From contig CAYQMF010000015.1 in NCBI GenBank assembly GCA_964418595.1, positions 5,756 to 69,755 of the forward strand: a stretch of 64,000 nucleotides of DNA, read 5' to 3'. The position numbers and the translations under genes were made by a program. The stretch is from an uncultured candidatus Brocadiaceae bacterium. GTDB taxonomy: Bacteria > Planctomycetota > UBA1135 > UBA2386. Shown here piece after piece: positions 19,499 through 25,857 of this stretch. How positions within the stretch are numbered: position 1 is the first letter of the stretch; each line of letters opens with the position of its first letter. Below the pieces are notes generated by a model. It made no database searches. It was not told where the DNA came from and saw only the letters and a list, made by a program, of their open reading frames with translations.

Positions 19499-19702
19499 CT
19501 ACTGGCCGCTCGCGTTGCGGCGCGCGTTGAGTTCGCGCTCGACATCGACGCCGCTGACGCAGCGCTCGTGCGCCTGCTGCGCGATGGCATCGAGCGCTCG
19601 CACCTGCCGGAGCAGGCCCCCGGGTACCGGGGGCTCGGGATCGTGGTTGGCGGTCGTCGTCTGGGGACGCCGTTCGGCGCTGCGCTTGCGTTCGTCACTC
19701 AT
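19499..19702 (-). CDS. Pup/UBact-like small modifier (67 aa, C-terminal Gly-Gln)
   Basis: Fills the gap between the two ligase paralogues exactly (8-nt overlap upstream, 8-nt gap downstream). High GC3 codon usage. Polar, probably disordered N-terminus, helical C-half, and terminus '...ELNARRNASGQ*'. Confidence 0.7.
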   Translation of the reverse strand: MSDERKRSAERRPQTTTANHDPEPPVPGGLLRQVRALDAIAQQAHERCVSGVDVERELNARRNASGQ

Positions 19703-21359
19703 GGTGGGTTCCTCGCGTGGGTCGGGTCCGTGGGCTGCAGCAGGTCTCGCTCGGGCGCGACAGCTCGGGCCGGAGATCCTGCAAGGGGTGCGTCGTGTGC
19801 ACGGTGTCGTCCGCGTCGCTCAGGGACGCGAGGTCCATGACCTCGCGGGCGGCACCCAGCGCGTGCTCTGCCACCGCGCGACCGAGCCGGCCGGGGTGCG
19901 GCATGTCGACGCGGAGCCGGCGACCGAATCGCTCGTCGGTCAGGCTCAGCTCGACGTGGTCCCAGTCGACCGCCTCGATGTCGTCGGCGAAGCGCTTGAT
20001 GAGGCGGCCGCGCGTCCAGCTCCGACTCGCCTCCGGCCCATCGCGCAGGCACGCATCGATCTGCGCCCGGTCGATCAGCGGGTCGATGCGATCGTGTTCG
20101 AGCAGGCGCCAGATCGCGCCACGCGTCGGGTCGGTGTTGGTGAAGTCGTGGTCGAGCAGGCGCACGGCCGACGACTCGAGGCCTTCGCCCGTCCGCTCGC
20201 AGTGGCCGAGCAGGACCATGAGCTTGGCGGCCCAGTCGAGGTGGCGCGAGCACGCGGCGATGTCGCCGCGATCGGCGCGCTGCGCCAGCTCGACGATGCG
20301 GGGCAGGAGCTGCGCGGCGCAGGGCGCCACCGCGTCCTGGATCACGCCCTCCTCGACGAGGCGCAGCATCGCCTGCGCGATCTCGGCGACGTAGGCGCCG
20401 AGCGTCACCTGGCGACCGTCGGCGAGCGGCGCCGTCCCGCGCAACCGGCCGGACTCGAGGTCGAGCCCGAGGCTCCACGCACGCAGCGCCTCGACGGGCG
20501 AGGCGAGCAGGAGCTGGCCGTAGCCGACCTCGGCGGCGGCGAGGCAGCACTGCACGAAGCTCGTCATCAGCGCGCTCGAGACGAGGGCGAAGTCGAAGCC
20601 GATGAGGTGCAGCCGGTCGATGCCCTGCGCGTGCGGCTCGCGGCGGGCGTTGAGCAGGCCGCGCGAGAACGCCTCCGTCGTCGACAGCCCGCACACCCGC
20701 GACAGGTGGTGGGCGCGCGCGCTGAGGCTGAAGACCACCGAACCGTCGCGCAGCGGGAGCAGGTAGCCGCTGCCGAAGAACGGGACGGCGGCGGCGATCG
20801 CACTGGTGACGAAGCCGAGCACGCCTGGGTGACGCGGATCGACGATGAGGTCGTCGAAGAGCTGCGGTGCGATCGAGATGTTGAAGTGCGAGCCCCACGA
20901 GATCGACGGATCGAGGAGGTCGACGTTGGCGGCCGTCAGCAGGTAGCGCGTGCCCGCCTCGGCGTCTTCCTGGGCCTGCTGCCGCGCCGCCTCCGCGACG
21001 ACCAGCGTGCTCCAGCTCTGCGCGGCCACTTCGCACGGGCGATGCGTCTCCGCCGTGCACACCTCGACGTGCGCCATGTCGGAGTAGTAGCACTGGCCAT
21101 TCGACGGCCACTGGCGCAGGCAGTCGGTGGAACTCGCCGACGCGTACGACCCGCCCCAGTGGTCGCCCCGGCTCCAGCTCGAATCGCGCCGCGTGCGGCG
21201 TCGCCAGACGTTGCCTCCGACCCGCACGAAGGCCGTGTCGATGGCCCCGAGCACGCGTTGCGCCACGGTCCAGCTCGGGATCGCCTGGCCTCGGCCGTCG
21301 ATGCCGGTCGTCGACAGCTCGCAGTCGCGACCGACGAACTTCACGACGGGCGCGCTCAT
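19695..21359 (-). CDS. Pup-ligase/deamidase family protein (larger, divergent Dop-like paralogue)
   Basis: 'FVGRDCELST', 'NGQCYYSDMAHVEVCTAE', 'ISWGSHFNISI' (in place of HENY), 'VPFFGSGYLL', 'FSLSARAHHLSRVCGLSTTEAFSRGLLNARREPHA', 'DRLHLIGFDF'. Only the last 554 codons of the 802-aa track ORF are protein-like. The ATG overlaps the upstream stop (ATGA). Confidence 0.8.
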   Translation of the reverse strand: MSAPVVKFVGRDCELSTTGIDGRGQAIPSWTVAQRVLGAIDTAFVRVGGNVWRRRTRRDSSWSRGDHWGGSYASASSTDCLRQWPSNGQCYYSDMAHVEVCTAETHRPCEVAAQSWSTLVVAEAARQQAQEDAEAGTRYLLTAANVDLLDPSISWGSHFNISIAPQLFDDLIVDPRHPGVLGFVTSAIAAAVPFFGSGYLLPLRDGSVVFSLSARAHHLSRVCGLSTTEAFSRGLLNARREPHAQGIDRLHLIGFDFALVSSALMTSFVQCCLAAAEVGYGQLLLASPVEALRAWSLGLDLESGRLRGTAPLADGRQVTLGAYVAEIAQAMLRLVEEGVIQDAVAPCAAQLLPRIVELAQRADRGDIAACSRHLDWAAKLMVLLGHCERTGEGLESSAVRLLDHDFTNTDPTRGAIWRLLEHDRIDPLIDRAQIDACLRDGPEASRSWTRGRLIKRFADDIEAVDWDHVELSLTDERFGRRLRVDMPHPGRLGRAVAEHALGAAREVMDLASLSDADDTVHTTHPLQDLRPELSRPSETCCSPRTRPTRGTHHE

Positions 21360-23152
21360 GCGTGTTCTCCCGCTGCACGGTCTCCCACGGCCCGTTCTCC
21401 CACCACAGGCCCGACGAGATCGCGTTGCCAGCCGACTTCGTCGCGCGGCACGGTCTCGACGCGCTGGATGCGGCCGCGGACCCGCAGCAGGCGCTGCAGC
21501 GTGATCCAGTCGGCCTCCATCGCGCTCGCGGCTGCGCAGGCCTGATCGACGAGACCGGCGACGACGTCGTCGAGGCCGACTGCGCCGAAGCCGATGCCGC
21601 TGCGGCGGCGCCGCGCGCCGCGCAGCTTGGCCTGGCTCATCGCTTCGCGGTAGTGCACCGCGGACAGCAGCGTGCCCGCGGTGACGTCGATGCTGCGCTG
21701 CGGCTCGGTGCCGTAGCGCAGCACGACGGTGTCCAGGATGGTCGCAAGCGCGGGCCGCAGGATCGTGGCCTCGAGCACCGCGGGGGCGACGCCGTGGCGC
21801 ACGTCGCCATCGATCAGCCAGGGCACCTCGGCGGGCGCGTACACGGCCATGACCTTCGCCGCGGCCTCGGCGCCGAGCGGCGGCATCTCGAGGACGAGGT
21901 CGCCGAGGCGACCGGGCCGCTTCAGCGCCGGATCGACGGCGTCGGGGCGGTTGGTGAGGCCGAGCCACAGCACATGGGCGCGCGGCGTGGCCTCGGTGCG
22001 GACGAGCCCGTCCAGTTCGACGAGCAGGGCCTGGATCGCGTCGTTGTGCGCGCTGGACAGGAGCTCGCCGCCGTCGTGGCCCCCGGCACGCCGACCGAGG
22101 CAATCAATTTCGTCCATGACCACGATTTGGACGATGGGGCGCGTGCGCGGCACCGCCTGGCGCGCGCGGATGCTCCCGCACAGGTCTTCGCGCACGAGGC
22201 GCGCATCCTCGCCGTGCCACATCGACTTGAGCTCGTTGGGCTTGACCACGTAGAGCACGACGTCGAAGCCGCGCGTCGCACCGACGTCGCGCAGCCACGT
22301 GGCGACGAGACGCGTGAGCAGGGTCTTGCCCTCACCGGGCTTGAGCGACCACAGCAGCACGCCGTGCAGGGGTTCGAGGGCGAACTCGCCGCGGACGTCG
22401 TCCGCGAGGAGCCGCAACTCGATGGCCTCGAGCAGCGGTTCGAGCACGGGCTCGAGGCCGGCGACGTCCTCGGCGTCGACGGCGACGGAATCGATGCCGA
22501 CCTCGAAGCGGCTGTTGCTGCTGATGCTCGCCGCGCGCGCGATGGCCCAACCGGGCGCCTCACGGCTGAGGACGAGCCGGTCGCCGGGCCGCAGTGGTTC
22601 GTCGCGAAGGCACCGTGCGATCTGCACGATGTCTTCCTGCCCACCGACGCGGGCGACATGCACCTGCTCGCGCCCATCCGCATGCCAGCCGCGCATCTCG
22701 ACGACTTCGCCCAGGGCCCGCGCGCGCGCGCCGGCGTCGTCGGCGACGCCGATCAGCACCTGCTCCTTGGTGTGCACGCGCACCGGCTCCCAGGGTTCGA
22801 GGTCGCGGAGGCGGGCGATGTCGACTTCCGGGTGGATCGCGAGTTCGAGCACGTCGCCGCGCCAGCGCACCCGGGCGGCCGGGCCCTGCGGCGTGGTCAG
22901 CAAGCCCTCGCACACGCACAGCGCCGCCGGTCCGCGGAGCATGCCCTCGAGGATCTCGCGCATCTCCTTCGCCGCGGCCGCGGCCTGTTCGCACTCACGC
23001 CGGGCGCGCAGCCACCGCGCCGCGACGGTGACCGGATCCTGCGCGGCCTCCTGGAGGACGGTCTCGATCTCCTGGATCTGCGCGGGCGTCACGCGATCGA
23101 GGCGCACGCCGGCGAGGCGCAGGAGTTGGACGATGGTCTGTTGGTTGCTCAT
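21356..23152 (-). CDS. AAA+ ATPase, proteasomal-ATPase (Mpa/ARC/PAN)-like architecture
   Basis: N-terminal helical/coiled-coil region 'RECEQAAAAAKEMREILEGML'. Two OB-like segments ('ARVRWRGDVLELAIHPEV..', 'GEVVEMRGWHADGREQVHVARVGGQEDIVQIA..PLRPGDRLVL'). Walker A variant 'LKPGEGKTLL', Walker B 'IVVMDEID', 'KRPGRLGD'. Confidence 0.85.
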   Translation of the reverse strand: MSNQQTIVQLLRLAGVRLDRVTPAQIQEIETVLQEAAQDPVTVAARWLRARRECEQAAAAAKEMREILEGMLRGPAALCVCEGLLTTPQGPAARVRWRGDVLELAIHPEVDIARLRDLEPWEPVRVHTKEQVLIGVADDAGARARALGEVVEMRGWHADGREQVHVARVGGQEDIVQIARCLRDEPLRPGDRLVLSREAPGWAIARAASISSNSRFEVGIDSVAVDAEDVAGLEPVLEPLLEAIELRLLADDVRGEFALEPLHGVLLWSLKPGEGKTLLTRLVATWLRDVGATRGFDVVLYVVKPNELKSMWHGEDARLVREDLCGSIRARQAVPRTRPIVQIVVMDEIDCLGRRAGGHDGGELLSSAHNDAIQALLVELDGLVRTEATPRAHVLWLGLTNRPDAVDPALKRPGRLGDLVLEMPPLGAEAAAKVMAVYAPAEVPWLIDGDVRHGVAPAVLEATILRPALATILDTVVLRYGTEPQRSIDVTAGTLLSAVHYREAMSQAKLRGARRRRSGIGFGAVGLDDVVAGLVDQACAAASAMEADWITLQRLLRVRGRIQRVETVPRDEVGWQRDLVGPVVGERAVGDRAAGEHA

Positions 23153-23175
23153 GGCGGGTGTCGGGTCGGGGCGGG

Positions 23176-24201
23176 TCAGTCGGAGAAGCTCAGCCAGGGG
23201 ATCGAGGCCATGCGTCCGCCGCGCCACGCATGCACGGCGAGCACGGGACGTCTGCCGGGTGCGCCGAAGCGGCGGCCGGCGATGGGGAACACGGTGGTCT
23301 TGCTCGGGAACATGGCCTCGAGCACCTGGTAGTCGTCGAGCGACACGTGCTCGCAGCTCGGCAGTGCGCACTCGGCCTTCTGGTTGCAGTTGCCGCAGTC
23401 CTTGCCCCATCCGTGGCTGTGGAACACGGTGAGCGGCCGCTCGCCGCGGCCACGCAGCGCGGCCAGCTCGCCGGCTTCGGCCATTGCCTCGGGGTCGAAC
23501 TGGAGGCTGGCGAACGATCCGACGTGTCGGGTGTCGCCGAGCGCCTCCGACAAGACGGTGACGATGCGGGTGCGCGTGCCCGGCAGCGGTTCGCTCAGCC
23601 GCAGGAGCGTGCCCAGCACGCAGCCACCGATCTCCGCCGAGCCGGCGGCCTCGGTGCGATCGACGATGTCAGCGACGGCCCGGGCGCACATGAGCACCGG
23701 GCGGTCCGCGGCGAGTCCGCCGTCGCCGAGCGAGACGACCCCGAGGTCCTGTAGCGTGCCGTCGCGCACCAGCAGCGGCAGCAGGCGGGGCGGACGGGGC
23801 GTTGCCGGACCGGGCGTGGCGGTGAGCACCGTGTGCACGCGCTGGCCGGCCGACACTTGGATCTGCCGCGCCTGCAGCATCGTCGACATGCGGCGATCCC
23901 AGCGACCGGCGTCGAAGCGCTGCGCGTGCTCCGCACCGCTCGCCGCCGTCACGGTCACGTCGAGGCCGAGCACGCGCTCGCCCGCCGCAGAGACCGGTTC
24001 GATGGCGATGCGCACCGGCTCGGGCTCGGTGGGCAGCACATCGGCGAGGACGCCGCTGGTCCAGGCCTCTTCGGCGACGTCGGTGATGTCGTCGGTCACC
24101 GGGAACCAGGCCAGCGCCTCGCCCCCGGTCGCCTCGGTGCGCAGCTCCACGGCGAACTGGTGGCGGCAGGACAGCTCGACCTCGACGGCGATGGCGCTCA
24201 T
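23176..24201 (-). CDS. JAB/MPN (JAMM) metallopeptidase domain protein with N-terminal unknown domain
   Basis: JAMM elements in order: 'AEIGGCVLG' (Glu), 'TVFHSHGW' (HxH), 'VSLDDYQ' (S..D). A Cys-rich insert 'CGNCNQKAECALPSCEH' lies between them. The ATG overlaps the Ubl stop (ATGA). Confidence 0.8.
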   Translation of the reverse strand: MSAIAVEVELSCRHQFAVELRTEATGGEALAWFPVTDDITDVAEEAWTSGVLADVLPTEPEPVRIAIEPVSAAGERVLGLDVTVTAASGAEHAQRFDAGRWDRRMSTMLQARQIQVSAGQRVHTVLTATPGPATPRPPRLLPLLVRDGTLQDLGVVSLGDGGLAADRPVLMCARAVADIVDRTEAAGSAEIGGCVLGTLLRLSEPLPGTRTRIVTVLSEALGDTRHVGSFASLQFDPEAMAEAGELAALRGRGERPLTVFHSHGWGKDCGNCNQKAECALPSCEHVSLDDYQVLEAMFPSKTTVFPIAGRRFGAPGRRPVLAVHAWRGGRMASIPWLSFSD

Positions 24202-24461
24202 GGCCTTCCCGCCGAGACCTCCGGCAGGACGGTCCAGCGCGCGTCGTCCGCGGGGACCTCGTGCAGCAGGCTCTTGTTGTCGAGGCGGCGGCCGCGGCTG
24301 AAGGCCAGCCAGCGCAGGCCGTGGTCGGGGATGTCGAGCTCGCTGCGGAAGAACTCGATCGCCTGGCCGACGGTGTGGTCGGGCGTGAGGTCGTCGCCGA
24401 CGACGGCGCGCACGCGCTTCTGCTGGCTGAGGTCGGTCATCTCGATGGTGGCGGTGGTCAT
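24198..24461 (-). CDS. ubiquitin-like (beta-grasp) small protein, 87 aa
   Basis: The size, its position between the E2 side and JAB, and a C-terminal half 'LAFSRGRRLDNKSLLHEVPADDARWTVLPEVSAG-RP' that aligns ungapped by eye with ubiquitin '[34 protein letters not shown]'. Confidence 0.6.
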   Translation of the reverse strand: MTTATIEMTDLSQQKRVRAVVGDDLTPDHTVGQAIEFFRSELDIPDHGLRWLAFSRGRRLDNKSLLHEVPADDARWTVLPEVSAGRP

Positions 24462-25270
24462 GACGTTGCGTCTCCTTGGTTGGGGTCGTGGTGGATCGGC
24501 GCGTGGCCGAGGATGGCACGCGCGTACCGCGCGCGGAGATCCGCGTCTCCGCACAGCAACTGCAGCGAGGGCGCGGCGTGCTGGGCGAAGGCGGCGATGG
24601 CGCGCACCGTGCGCGCCAGGAAGGCGGGGGTGACGTCGAGCGCGTCGAGGCGAGCCTCGGCGTGCAGCTCGTGGCCGTGCCGGTCGCTCGCCTGCAGGGC
24701 GAGGCGCGCGAAGCGCACGCGGCCGTTGACGCGCAGCGCCTGGTCGGCCGCGGCGTCGCGGGCGGCGTCGGTCGGCCACGACGTGATCAGCCGGTGGGTG
24801 AGGCGGAGGCCGGTGCCGTCGGGATCGATCGTCACCGGCCGCACGAGACCGTCCAGGCTCACCCGCACCTCGACGCCGCGCGCACGGGCCGCGATCGCGT
24901 CCGGTTCGAACCGGCCGGCGCGCAGCAGGGCCCCGAGCGCATCGGGGTCGCAGCTCGTGGCGGCGCCGGTGTCGGCAGTGAGGGGACGCGCACTCGCGGC
25001 GACCGCGAGCGCGTCCACGAGCGTCTCGGCGCGGCCGCGCGGACCCGGCGGCAGGTCGGCCACGATCCAATGGCTCGCGGTGAACGCGGCGACGCGCGCG
25101 TTCCCGGGCAGGCAGGCGGTGTGCAGGAGCAGCGACGTCGGATCCGGGCCCGGCATGCCGCGCGGATCGAGGGCGAGTTCGATCGCGTACCCGCCATCGA
25201 GCGTCGGCGTGATGCGCGGCCCCGGCGCATGACGACGGCGCCGCGGCGTGCTGACGGTGGGGGTGGTCAC
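24458..25270 (-). CDS. hypothetical protein (270 aa), possible YbjN/CesT-chaperone-like C-terminal half
   Basis: GTG start overlaps the E2 stop (GTGA) and its stop overlaps the Ubl ATG (ATGA). Normal composition. The pattern 'ALRVNGRVRFARLALQASDRHGHELHAEARLDALDVTPAFLARTVRAIAAFAQ' resembles chaperone-like alpha/beta folds (weak, by eye). Confidence 0.55.
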   Translation of the reverse strand: MTTPTVSTPRRRRHAPGPRITPTLDGGYAIELALDPRGMPGPDPTSLLLHTACLPGNARVAAFTASHWIVADLPPGPRGRAETLVDALAVAASARPLTADTGAATSCDPDALGALLRAGRFEPDAIAARARGVEVRVSLDGLVRPVTIDPDGTGLRLTHRLITSWPTDAARDAAADQALRVNGRVRFARLALQASDRHGHELHAEARLDALDVTPAFLARTVRAIAAFAQHAAPSLQLLCGDADLRARYARAILGHAPIHHDPNQGDATS

Positions 25271-25857
25271 GCGGCCCCCTTGCCCCACAGGGGCGTGGCG
25301 GCCGGCAGCGCGGCGAGGGCTTCGCGGCCTTCGGCGAACCACTCCGCCGCGTCGTGATCGGCGGGGTCGACGGTGCTGACGTTGGCGTAGGTGAGGATCG
25401 AATAGATGTGCTCGAGGAGCGTGGTCAGCTGCATCGGGCCGCGCGGCAGCGCCCCCAGGCACAGGATCCCGAACAGGCGCGAGTAGTTGGGGTGCAGGAG
25501 CCCGGTGTCCCTCCCGATCAGCACGCACACCGACGGCTGGTCGAGGCCGGCCTCGAACGGATCGGCGCGGTAGACGATGGTGCCGCGCAGGGGACCTGCG
25601 GCGACGTCGACGCCTTCGCCGGGGCGGTGCTGGCGCAGGTAGGGGATCGCGAGCGTGAAGTCGAGGACACGCCGTGCGGGCAGGTGCGGCTCGATGCGCA
25701 GCTTCGGCGCGCCGCTGAGCAGCGGCTGGGCCGCGTCCCAGTTGCCCGCGAAGAACTCGGCAGCGAGCTGGGTGATGGGCGCGTCGGCTTCGGTGGACGG
25801 CTCCAGGAGAGAGAGCCGCCGCAGGAGGTCGGCGAGGTCGGGCGTCTGGTCGGTCAT
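25267..25857 (-). CDS. E2 (UBC-fold) ubiquitin-conjugating-enzyme-like protein
   Basis: 'DTGLLHPNYSRLFGILCLGALPRG' carries the HPN triad, with a Cys 9 residues after the Asn as in eukaryotic E2s. The ATG overlaps the E1 stop (ATGA). Confidence 0.7.
   Translation of the reverse strand: MTDQTPDLADLLRRLSLLEPSTEADAPITQLAAEFFAGNWDAAQPLLSGAPKLRIEPHLPARRVLDFTLAIPYLRQHRPGEGVDVAAGPLRGTIVYRADPFEAGLDQPSVCVLIGRDTGLLHPNYSRLFGILCLGALPRGPMQLTTLLEHIYSILTYANVSTVDPADHDAAEWFAEGREALAALPAATPLWGKGAA

Noticed and set aside
21360-22103. N-terminal 248 codons of track ORF 19695..22103, and likewise the N-terminal parts of 23176..24519, 24198..25070, 24458..26113, 25267..26790, 27070..28269 and 53834..57037.
   Set aside because: These extensions are Arg/Pro-rich and overlap the upstream gene's true frame. 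The protein-like sequence begins at internal ATG/GTG codons that form 4-nt overlaps with the upstream stops.
24415-24425. While hand-translating the printed sequence I obtained an apparent 1-nt frameshift in the Ubl gene near 24420. I also saw a 1-nt offset near 54.9 kb.
   Set aside because: The supplied ORF track reads continuously through both places on both strands (for example 'SQQKRVRAV' and 'HALLLAEVGH'), so this is most likely my own counting error. I used track-derived coordinates and claim no frameshift.
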